The notes under the pieces are model-generated. The model saw only the letters and a list, made by a program, of their open reading frames with translations. It was not told where the DNA came from and ran no database searches. 47,872 nucleotides of DNA from an uncultured Candidatus Saccharibacteria bacterium (GTDB taxonomy: Bacteria > Patescibacteriota > Minisyncoccia > Phycocordibacterales > SBAW01), in assembly GCA_964428705.1 (NCBI GenBank), contig CAYRYM010000001.1, forward strand, positions 1 to 47,872. The letters run 5' to 3'. Positions within the stretch are counted from its first letter, which is position 1. Each line of letters starts with the position of its first letter. Below are positions 34,619-41,679 of the stretch, one piece after another. The translations under genes were made by a program, and so were the position numbers.

Positions 34619-35536
34619 TAAAACAACGGCCTCTTCCTCCAGCATCACGCCAAACTCCACAAACACCTTTTCTTTGGCCATACTCGCAAGATCTTTAACC
34701 TCTTTGGCGGTTGCCGCACCGGCGTTTAAAAAGTAGTTGGTATGGTGCTCGCTCGCAACTGCATCGCCCACGCGCGCTCCGCGCAGGCCCGCCTTATCCA
34801 TAAGCCAGCCGGCAGGCACCCTGCCCTCTTTGGACAGTACCCCCTTCTCTTTTTCAAACATCATCTGCAACTCTTTTGCGACAACCGGGTTTTTAAAAAA
34901 TGATCCCGCACTTTTAATATCCTGTATGTGGCGCTTATGACGCTCGCTGAGTGTGTGCATTGTCTTCTTGTCGGCCTCCATGGGCTCTGCGGGTGTCAGC
35001 GCAAACTCCGCCTCCAGCACAATCAACCCTGGGTGCACCTTAAAGTGGCTTGTGCGGTAGGCAAACTCACACTGCGCGTTGCTGAATGTTTTCGTCTCCT
35101 GCAGATAAATATCAAACACCGTGGCCGACACCAGCACGTCCTTAATCTCAACGCCAAACGCGCCCGCGTTGCCGCGCACCGCACCCCCCACGGTGCCCGG
35201 GATGCCGGCCAGGCTCTCGAGCCCGCCGAGCCCCTGCCCCGCGGCATAACGCACGGCATCAAGCAGGACCTCGCCTGCCGCCACACGCAGCATGTCGCCG
35301 TGGCGCGCAATGCCCTTATTGCCTATGCGTAACACCAGGGCATTAAGCCCCTCATCGGGCACCACCATGTTGCTCCCGCCGCCCAACACCACAACCGGCA
35401 GGTTTTTGCCTTTGGCATATGCGTACGCCTCCTTAATATCCTCGACGTTGGCGGCCTCGGCAAAATAAGCAGCCGGCCCGCCAATAGAGAAGGTGGTCAG
35501 GGGTGCTAGGGCAACTTGGGTGCGGATATCCACCAC
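34616..35536 (-). CDS. murB: UDP-N-acetylenolpyruvoylglucosamine reductase
   Basis: VALAPLTTFSIGGPAAYFAEA...LPVVVLGGGSNMVV...RVGDAVASEHHTNYFLN. GTG start at 35536. Confidence 0.9.
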   Translation of the reverse strand: MVDIRTQVALAPLTTFSIGGPAAYFAEAANVEDIKEAYAYAKGKNLPVVVLGGGSNMVVPDEGLNALVLRIGNKGIARHGDMLRVAAGEVLLDAVRYAAGQGLGGLESLAGIPGTVGGAVRGNAGAFGVEIKDVLVSATVFDIYLQETKTFSNAQCEFAYRTSHFKVHPGLIVLEAEFALTPAEPMEADKKTMHTLSERHKRHIQDIKSAGSFFKNPVVAKELQMMFEKEKGVLSKEGRVPAGWLMDKAGLRGARVGDAVASEHHTNYFLNAGAATAKEVKDLASMAKEKVFVEFGVMLEEEAVVL

Positions 35537-35545
35537 GTAAGAGTG

Positions 35546-35554
35546 CGCTATACT
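35546..35554. promoter_or_regulatory. overlapping divergent -10 boxes (TATACT on plus for murA; TATAGC on minus for murB)
   Basis: The 26-bp spacer 35537-35562 reads GTAAGAGTGCGCTATACTGCCTCTGC. TATACT ends 8 nt before ATG 35563. TATAGC ends 10 nt before GTG 35536. Confidence 0.4.
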
Positions 35555-35562
35555 GCCTCTGC

Positions 35563-36837
35563 ATGCAAGAAATATTGCGCATTACGGGCAGCCCTACCCC
35601 CTCACTTGAGGGCACCATTAAGGTCGTCGGCGCCAAAAACGCTATACTTAAAGCCATGGCGGCGGCGATACTCTACCGCACGCCGCTTACGCTCACCAAC
35701 GTGCCGGCGATACTCGACGTAGAGGCCCTGTGCGGCATCTTAGAGACCTTGGGCGCCACCACCTCGCGCGGCGGCCACACGCTCGTACTGGACGCATCGG
35801 GCATGACGGGCTCGAGCATACCCGCCAGCATGATGAGCACGCTCAGGGCCTCTATAGTTATGGCGGGCCCGCTGTTGGCGCGGTTTGGCCAGGTAATATT
35901 CTCACACCCGGGCGGCGACATTATCGGCGAGAGGCCTATTGATTTGTTTCTCGAGACGTTTGTCGCGATGGGAGCAGAGGTGGTTAAAGACGATGGGAGT
36001 TACGGCGTACGCGTGCAGGGTGGCCGCCTTAAGGGAGCCGACCTGTTCTTTCGGATACAATCGGTAACCGGCACCGAAACGGCGATGCTCGCTGCCGTAC
36101 TGGCCGACGGTGTAACGACGATAAAAAACGCGGCACTCGAGCCAGAGATAGTCTGGCTTGCCGACATGCTCAACGCCTCGGGTGCCAGCATAACGGGCGC
36201 GGGCACAACAACCATTACCATTGTCGGCGGCACCGATCTTCTGCGCGCACCGGAGCGGTTTGCTGTTGTACCCGACCGCATCGAGGCCGGGAGCTTTTTG
36301 ATACTGGGGGCCTTGGCCGCCAAAGACCTATATATAGAGGACTGCGTGCCCGGGCATCTCGAGGCGCTGGTACATATACTGCGCCAGGCGGGCGCCAGCA
36401 TAGAGGCGGGGCCGCACAGCCTGCGCATCAAAGCCGCACCGCTTAAGCCCATGCAGATAAAAACGCACGAGTACCCGGGCTACCCTACCGACCTTATGGC
36501 GCCGATGGTAACGCTCTTAACGCAGGTGCAGGGCGAGAGCCGCGTGTTTGAGACCATATGGGACAACCGCCTGGCGTTTGTCGAAGTCTTGCGCGTGATG
36601 GGCGCAAACATCACCACCATGGACCCGCACCGCGTACTTATTAAGGGCCCGCGGGCGCTCAAGGCCCGCCGCATGGAGAGTCCGGACATACGCGCGGGCC
36701 TTGCCTTCCTTATCGCCGCCGCGGTAGCCGACGGCACCTCAGAGATAAGCAACATCCACCATATAGACCGCGGCTACGAGAACATTGCCGAGCGCCTGCA
36801 AAAGGTGGGCATGCATATAGAGCGCGTGGCTGTTTAA
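35563..36837 (+). CDS. murA: UDP-N-acetylglucosamine 1-carboxyvinyltransferase
   Basis: MQEILRITGSPTPSLEGTIKVVGAKNAILKAMAAAIL. Active-site loop SHPGGDIIGERPIDLF. ATG at 35563 (the listed start 35503 overlaps murB). Confidence 0.9.
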   Translation: MQEILRITGSPTPSLEGTIKVVGAKNAILKAMAAAILYRTPLTLTNVPAILDVEALCGILETLGATTSRGGHTLVLDASGMTGSSIPASMMSTLRASIVMAGPLLARFGQVIFSHPGGDIIGERPIDLFLETFVAMGAEVVKDDGSYGVRVQGGRLKGADLFFRIQSVTGTETAMLAAVLADGVTTIKNAALEPEIVWLADMLNASGASITGAGTTTITIVGGTDLLRAPERFAVVPDRIEAGSFLILGALAAKDLYIEDCVPGHLEALVHILRQAGASIEAGPHSLRIKAAPLKPMQIKTHEYPGYPTDLMAPMVTLLTQVQGESRVFETIWDNRLAFVEVLRVMGANITTMDPHRVLIKGPRALKARRMESPDIRAGLAFLIAAAVADGTSEISNIHHIDRGYENIAERLQKVGMHIERVAV

Positions 36838-37592
36838 ACCACTTCAATAGTATGTTTCGTATCGGGGAATAGTTTGGCAACCAGCGCGCGGAACGGCGCG
36901 GAGTCCTGGCTTATTACAAAGGTCGTTTTGGTATCGCGGACCTCTTGGGGCCAGAACTGCTTGTGCGCACGCTCGGCCACCGCCACGGCCGGGTCAAATA
37001 TGACAACGTGCGGCGGGACAATCTCTTTAAATAAACTGAGTGCCAGCGGGTAGTGCGTGCAGGCCAATATAAGCACGTCATAGCCGCTCCAATCAATATC
37101 TTTAAGCGCTTCTTTAATAAGTTCGCGCTGTTTATCCTCACCCTCTGCAAACTCTATGGCGCCCGCCAAGTCCGGTATGGGCACGGCGCCCACGTCCTTC
37201 CCGAGCATCCTAAATGCGTTTTGGTAGATACCTGCCTTGATTGTGGCGGGCGTGGCGCACAGCATGATGCGCGCGCCGGAGCCCTTAAAGTACGACACGG
37301 TGGGTCCGACCATCTCTATAATGTCACCGGGTTCTAAGTTAAACGCATCAAACAAAGAGAGTGCCAAAGAGGCCGAAACGCTGTTGCACGCGCTAATAAT
37401 GCGCTCGGCTCCGCGTGCCTTTAAGAGTGCCAGAGACTCGGCCGTGTAGCGCGACAGCTCCTCTTGCGACTTGCTTCCGTAGGGTGCGTGCGCAATGTCG
37501 CCAAAGTAGACGATGTCACAGGTGGGCAGGACCTCGCGCACCGCCTTCATGACTGTGAGCCCGCCCGAGCCGGAGTCGAATATACCAATCAT
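36834..37592 (-). CDS. murI: glutamate racemase
   Basis: MIGIFDSGSGGLTVMKAV...VYFGDIAHAPYG, plus the catalytic Cys motifs ISACNSVSA and ILACTHYPL. ATG at 37592. Confidence 0.9.
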   Translation of the reverse strand: MIGIFDSGSGGLTVMKAVREVLPTCDIVYFGDIAHAPYGSKSQEELSRYTAESLALLKARGAERIISACNSVSASLALSLFDAFNLEPGDIIEMVGPTVSYFKGSGARIMLCATPATIKAGIYQNAFRMLGKDVGAVPIPDLAGAIEFAEGEDKQRELIKEALKDIDWSGYDVLILACTHYPLALSLFKEIVPPHVVIFDPAVAVAERAHKQFWPQEVRDTKTTFVISQDSAPFRALVAKLFPDTKHTIEVV

Positions 37593-37598
37593 GCCTGT

Positions 37599-37605
37599 TA
37601 TGATA
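37599..37605. promoter_or_regulatory. overlapping divergent -10 boxes in the palindrome TGATATCA (TATGAT on plus for mpl; TATCAT on minus for murI)
   Basis: The 18-bp spacer 37593-37610 reads GCCTGTTATGATATCAGC. TATGAT ends 6 nt before ATG 37611. TATCAT ends 7 nt before ATG 37592. Confidence 0.45.
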
Positions 37606-37610
37606 TCAGC

Positions 37611-39026
37611 ATGGTAAAAAAGGCGCATTTTATAGGTATCGCAGGCAAGGGCATGTCCGCGGTCGCGCTGCTTTTGCGCGAGGCAGGCTGGCAGATAAGC
37701 GGCTCGGATGAGGGATTTTACCCGCCGGTCTCGGACTATCTGGCAAACGCCGGCATTGAGTTTGCCCACGGGTACAAAAAAGAGAACATCGCGGCCGACG
37801 CAGACCTTATTGTGATTGGCAAAAACGCCAAGCTCGTGCCCGAAGAAAACGAGGAGGTTAAGGCAGCATTTGCATCCGGCATCACTATCAAGTCATTCCC
37901 CGATATTTTAGAGGACCTATCAAAGGGCAAAGAGACACTGGTGGTGGCCGGCAGCTACGGCAAGTCTACCTGCACCGCGCTACTGAGTTGGTGCCTGATG
38001 CATGCCGGGAAGGACCCCAGCTACTTTGTGGGCGAGATAACAAAGGGTTTTGATGCGCACGCAAAGCTTGGGGCGGGCGACGTGTTTGTGCTGGAGGGCG
38101 ACGAGTACCCCTCGGCCAACTGGGACGAGCGCTCCAAGTTCTTGCACTACAACCCGCGCAACGTGCTTTTAACATCCGCGACGCACGACCACGTCAATGT
38201 CTACCCTACCCACGACGACTACTTAAGGCCGTTCAAGCAGCTTATCTCTATACTCCCAAGCGATGGGATGCTGGTCGTAAACGACGAGCCGTTTGCCCGC
38301 GCTCTGGCACAAGAGTTTGAGGGCACAACAGTCGAGTACGGCCTGCATGAGCGCAACGACTGGCACGCGGCCAACATTGTGTATGGCCTGCCGACCACCT
38401 TTGACCTGATGCATAAGGGCAAGAAAGTTGCCGCCCTCTCTACTAAACTCCTGGGCGCGCACAACATCGAGAACATTGTCGGCATATCGGCACTACTGCT
38501 TGCCAAGCATCTGCTCAGTGCAGAGGAGCTAGCGGCTGCTGTTGCAACCTTTGAGGGCGTTAAGCGCCGCATGGAGCTCCTGTCCCCCAACTCCAAAGTG
38601 CCCGTACTGGAAGGCTTCGGCTCTAGTTATGAAAAGGCCCGGAGCGCTATTGCCGGGATGCGTTTGCACTTCCCCACCCGGAGGCTCGTTGTTGTCTTTG
38701 AGCCGCACACGTTTACCTGGCGCAACAGGCAAGCCCTCGCGCAGTACGACAGCGCGTTTGACGGTGCCGACAAAGTCTATATATATGAGCCGGCCACGCA
38801 GGGAGCCGGCACGCACGCCCAGCTCAGCCAGGACGAGATTGTCGAGCGCGTGCGCGCAACAGGAATGCTGGTAGAGCCCATACAGACCGTAGATGAGGGC
38901 TTGCGCCGGATACTCGACGAGGCGAGCGAGGACGACGCAATTCTGCTCCTGACATCGGGCGACCTAGGAGGGCTTATCAAGAGCATCCCTCAGGAGGTGG
39001 AGAAGCACTTCCCCACAGTTGCATAA
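37611..39026 (+). CDS. mpl: Mur ligase, Mpl-like (UDP-MurNAc:tripeptide ligase) or MurC-type
   Basis: MVKKAHFIGIAGKGMSAVALLLREAGWQISGSDEGFYPPVSDYLANAGIEF. The YPP(M/V)S block is Mpl-like. P-loop VVAGSYGKST. 471 aa from ATG 37611. Confidence 0.75.
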   Translation: MVKKAHFIGIAGKGMSAVALLLREAGWQISGSDEGFYPPVSDYLANAGIEFAHGYKKENIAADADLIVIGKNAKLVPEENEEVKAAFASGITIKSFPDILEDLSKGKETLVVAGSYGKSTCTALLSWCLMHAGKDPSYFVGEITKGFDAHAKLGAGDVFVLEGDEYPSANWDERSKFLHYNPRNVLLTSATHDHVNVYPTHDDYLRPFKQLISILPSDGMLVVNDEPFARALAQEFEGTTVEYGLHERNDWHAANIVYGLPTTFDLMHKGKKVAALSTKLLGAHNIENIVGISALLLAKHLLSAEELAAAVATFEGVKRRMELLSPNSKVPVLEGFGSSYEKARSAIAGMRLHFPTRRLVVVFEPHTFTWRNRQALAQYDSAFDGADKVYIYEPATQGAGTHAQLSQDEIVERVRATGMLVEPIQTVDEGLRRILDEASEDDAILLLTSGDLGGLIKSIPQEVEKHFPTVA

Positions 39027-39066
39027 CTGCCCCAACTTCTTCATACTGCAGGCAGGTTTTACCCGC

Positions 39067-39072
39067 TAGACT
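39067..39072 (+). promoter_or_regulatory. candidate -10 box TAGACT inside the shared 12-mer GCTAGACTAACC
   Basis: The 12-mer at 39065-39076 is identical to the one at 21779-21790. The box ends 8 nt before ATG 39081. Confidence 0.35.
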
Positions 39073-39080
39073 AACCCTGT

Positions 39081-39830
39081 ATGCCAGTCATTTGGATCAT
39101 CCTTGCAGTCGCCCTGTTTATAGTCGTTATCAGCATCCGCCAGATTAACCAGTACGAGCGCGGAGTGCGCTTTACCCTGGGTAAGTTCACCGGGATCATG
39201 GAGCCCGGATGGCGCCTGGTGTGGCCTATTATCCAGTTCCATAAAAAGGTGGACATGCGCCTAAAGGCAGTAGACGTCCCCGACCAGCGCGCTATTACCC
39301 GCGACAACGTCTCGGTCAACGTCAACGCGGTCATCTACTACAGCATCTTTAGCGCCGAGCTGGCGGTGCTGCAGATAGAGGACTACATGTACGCCATATC
39401 GCAGTACGCGCAGACCACCATGCGCAACATTGTGGGCGAGGTAACGCTCGACGAGCTGTTGGGCAGCCGCGACAAGATAGCCGACCGCATTAAGGAGATT
39501 GTCGACAAGGAGACAGACGCCTGGGGGCTCAAGGTCCATAATGTAGAGCTCAAAGACGTGTCCCTGCCCGAGAACATGGAGCGCACGATAGCCAAGCAGG
39601 CCGAGGCCGAGCGCGAGAAGCGCGCCGTCATCATTACCTCCGAGGGCGAGCTGGCAGCGTCGCAGAACATGGCGCAAGCCGCACGCGTCTTGGCGGAGTC
39701 GCCCGGGGCTCTGCACCTACGCACGCTCCAGTCTATAAACGACATCTCAAGCGATGCGTCCAACACGATAGTGTTTACCGTACCGATGGAGCTCCTCAAG
39801 GCGCTCGAAGGGTTTAGCAAAAAGGAATAA
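39081..39830 (+). CDS. SPFH/band-7 (stomatin-like) membrane protein
   Basis: N-terminal TM helix, then QYERGVRFTLGKFTGIMEPGWRLVWPIIQ...ITRDNVSVNVNAVIYY and AEAEREKRAVIITSEGE. Confidence 0.85.
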   Translation: MPVIWIILAVALFIVVISIRQINQYERGVRFTLGKFTGIMEPGWRLVWPIIQFHKKVDMRLKAVDVPDQRAITRDNVSVNVNAVIYYSIFSAELAVLQIEDYMYAISQYAQTTMRNIVGEVTLDELLGSRDKIADRIKEIVDKETDAWGLKVHNVELKDVSLPENMERTIAKQAEAEREKRAVIITSEGELAASQNMAQAARVLAESPGALHLRTLQSINDISSDASNTIVFTVPMELLKALEGFSKKE

Positions 39831-39847
39831 GCGCAGAAAAACAAAAA

Positions 39848-39872
39848 CTCCCGGGCTACCCCGGGAGTTTTT
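39848..39872. terminator. bidirectional intrinsic terminator
   Basis: AAAAA-CTCCCGGG-CTAC-CCCGGGAG-TTTTT between convergent stops at 39830 and 39876. Confidence 0.75.
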
Positions 39873-39875
39873 GTT

Positions 39876-40505
39876 TTAGTTGGCGTCCGCCAAAACTTTG
39901 TTGATTATGTAGACCATGCCGTTGGAGCCTATGTAGGCCTTGGTGGCTTGTGCGCCCCCTATGGTCACCGTGTCGTCTGTGGCGTCAACAGTAAAGCTTA
40001 CGCGGGTGTCGCCCAGCGTAATAACGTCGCCGTTGAGAGACTCTGCGACAGGCAGGGCGCGCGGGGTGATATGGGCAAGCGCAAGCGCGTGTGACTCGGA
40101 GCGCGACAGCGACGCAAGGTAGCGCGCGGGCAGATAGTCAAAGTCGGCAGAGGACGGCACAAAGACGGTGTAGGTGCCGCGGCGCTTAAGCACCTCGTCG
40201 GCTCCGCTGTTGTACAGCATCATCTCAAAGCGCTCGGCGCGGGGCAGAGACTCGATTATCTGATAGACAGTCGAGGTGGACATGTCCACTATCTCTATGC
40301 CTTTGCGCTCGATGCGCTCCTGCGGTATTACCGAGCGCGAGCCCGAGGCCGATGCATGGAGGAACTCCGGGCTAAAAGAGCCGCCCAGGCCAAGCACGCC
40401 CGCCGAGAGCAGTACCGAGGCGCCGGCACCCAGGCCCCAGCGCACGCGCATATCGCGGCGCACGTGCGCGGCAACAGTTTTAGCTAGTGAAAAAATACGT
40501 TCCAT
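39876..40505 (-). CDS. secreted fasciclin (FAS1) domain protein
   Basis: Signal/anchor region, then TVFVPSSADFDYLP, AHITPRALP and NGMVYIINKVL, which are the FAS1 H1/YH/H2-like blocks. Confidence 0.8.
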   Translation of the reverse strand: MERIFSLAKTVAAHVRRDMRVRWGLGAGASVLLSAGVLGLGGSFSPEFLHASASGSRSVIPQERIERKGIEIVDMSTSTVYQIIESLPRAERFEMMLYNSGADEVLKRRGTYTVFVPSSADFDYLPARYLASLSRSESHALALAHITPRALPVAESLNGDVITLGDTRVSFTVDATDDTVTIGGAQATKAYIGSNGMVYIINKVLADAN

Positions 40506-40638
40506 GTGACGTTACATTAACTCTTCATCCCTGAAGCCCCGCTGAAGCGCGACCAGATTTGATACAGCACCCTAACGCAAAAAATGGCTCATGTCAAGCA
40601 TCAGCCTGTGGACCAAAGACAGGAACCCATTTTAGTTG

Positions 40639-40646
40639 TATATTCT
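40639..40646 (+). promoter_or_regulatory. candidate -10 region (TATATTCT) for tRNA-Leu
   Basis: GTATATTCTAATTCTC immediately precedes the mature 5' end at 40654. Confidence 0.3.
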
Positions 40647-40653
40647 AATTCTC

Positions 40654-40735
40654 GGTCACGTGGCGGAATTGGTATACGCGTACGTCTCAGAAGCGTATGG
40701 GGCAACCCGTGGGAGTTCAAGTCTCCCCGTGACCA
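40654..40735 (+). tRNA. tRNA-Leu(CAG): tRNA-Leu, anticodon CAG, class II (long variable arm), CCA not encoded
   Basis: Hand fold: acceptor GGTCACG/CGTGACC, D arm GCG...CGC with a GG loop. Anticodon stem TACGT/GCGTA with loop CTCAGAA. Variable arm TGGGGCAACCCGTG. T arm GGGAG-TTCAAGT-CTCCC. Discriminator A, followed by CAA. Confidence 0.85.
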
Positions 40736-40744
40736 CAAAAGACA

Positions 40745-40770
40745 GAAAACCTGCCCTGCGGCAGGTTTTC
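40745..40770 (+). terminator. hairpin after the tRNA (terminator-like)
   Basis: GAAAACCTGCC-CTGC-GGCAGGTTTTC, an 11-bp perfect stem whose 3' arm ends in TTTTC. Confidence 0.5.
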
Positions 40771-40793
40771 TGCTGAGTGGTGGCCGGAGCGAT

Positions 40794-40857
40794 GATTCGC
40801 CAGCAGGCGAATCCGCGAGGCAGGGTCGTGCGGCCAAATGCGCAACGGCGCATTTGG
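40794..40857. other. two further perfect hairpins (REP-like)
   Basis: GATTCGCC-AGCA-GGCGAATC (40794-40813) and CCAAATGCGC-AACG-GCGCATTTGG (40834-40857). Neither is followed by a T-run. Confidence 0.5.
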
Positions 40858-40875
40858 AACGCCTGACCACCGGAC

Positions 40876-40899
40876 AAAAAGCGGCTATGGCCGCTTTTT
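40876..40899 (-). terminator. intrinsic terminator of the fibre/DUF2207 operon
   Basis: AAAAAGCGGC-TATG-GCCGCTTTTT. The stop codon TAG (40885-40887) lies at the stem-loop junction. On the minus strand the stem is followed by TTTTT. Confidence 0.65.
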
Positions 40900-41679
40900 G
40901 AATTTAAATACAAGAGCGCCCGCGGCAACGCACACTAACAAAAGCGCTGCCACCAGCGGCACTATACCGTAGCTCAGCACCAGGGTTGTTATAAAAAAGC
41001 CGCGCACGTGCGGGTGGACCACGCCCTTTGGCCAGCGTGCCTCAAACGAGACTCCCCCGCCCGGCTGTATGTCCTCTATCTCAAAGCGCAGCGTGCGGGG
41101 GTCGGGGTGCAGCACGCGGCCCGGTGCGGAGGTAAGCTTGCCGTCAATCTCTGCGGCGGCAGGCAGCACGACATCAACGCTGCTTGAGGCAACAGACACC
41201 GCGTAGCGCGAAAACAGCGACCACGCCAGCGCGTCATGGTCCGCCTCAAACGCGACCACGCCACGCAGGGTGTAGCGCAGCACCCAGGTCTTTGTCGTGT
41301 CCGCGGCGTCGTAGTACCACTGCGCCTTAAAGTACCCGTCATCGTTTATCCACGCATAGGTGCCGTAATATTGCTTATCGTTGGGCAGGTCGGGAAAGTT
41401 TTTAATCTGGCGCAGCACCTCGCCGGTGTCGGCGTCCACAACCTCAACATTGCTCACCGCGGCAGAGCCCACCGATACGCCGCGCCATAGCGAGTGGTAC
41501 GTTCCCTCGTAGCTGATTGTGATGCGCTCCTCTACCTTAACTGAGCTGTCGCGTTGTATCTCGTAGCGCGCGCTAATGTTTTGGTACTCGTAGGAAATCG
41601 CATCAGGCGATGTTGCCGCCAGGGCCGCAGGGGCGCTACTCATCGCCCCCAACATAAGCAGTGCTGCAGCAAGTCTCAT
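40885..41679 (-). CDS. DUF2207-like membrane protein (signal peptide, beta-rich ectodomain, C-terminal TM region)
   Basis: [21 protein letters not shown] signal. [30 protein letters not shown] resembles the DUF2207 N-terminal pattern. C-terminal [31 protein letters not shown]. The ATG overlaps the upstream TGA (ATGA). Confidence 0.6.
   Translation of the reverse strand: MRLAAALLMLGAMSSAPAALAATSPDAISYEYQNISARYEIQRDSSVKVEERITISYEGTYHSLWRGVSVGSAAVSNVEVVDADTGEVLRQIKNFPDLPNDKQYYGTYAWINDDGYFKAQWYYDAADTTKTWVLRYTLRGVVAFEADHDALAWSLFSRYAVSVASSSVDVVLPAAAEIDGKLTSAPGRVLHPDPRTLRFEIEDIQPGGGVSFEARWPKGVVHPHVRGFFITTLVLSYGIVPLVAALLLVCVAAGALVFKFKKRP

Noticed and set aside
37464-37769. Long N-terminal extensions of mpl (37464), murI (37769), murA (35503), and similar extensions at 7969, 8960, 14984 and 15885
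   Set aside because: Each extension overlaps the neighbouring gene extensively and precedes an internal ATG that yields the canonical family N-terminus (for example MIGIFDSGSGG, MVKKAHFIGIAG, MQEILRITG, MAKKVLITGG, MKIKNTTLDG).
40771-40875. SRP (4.5S) or 6S-like RNA call for the structured spacer after the tRNA
   Set aside because: I could not find the conserved SRP helix-8 motifs (GGAA tetraloop with flanking AGCA/GGA loops) on either strand. Only generic perfect hairpins are present.
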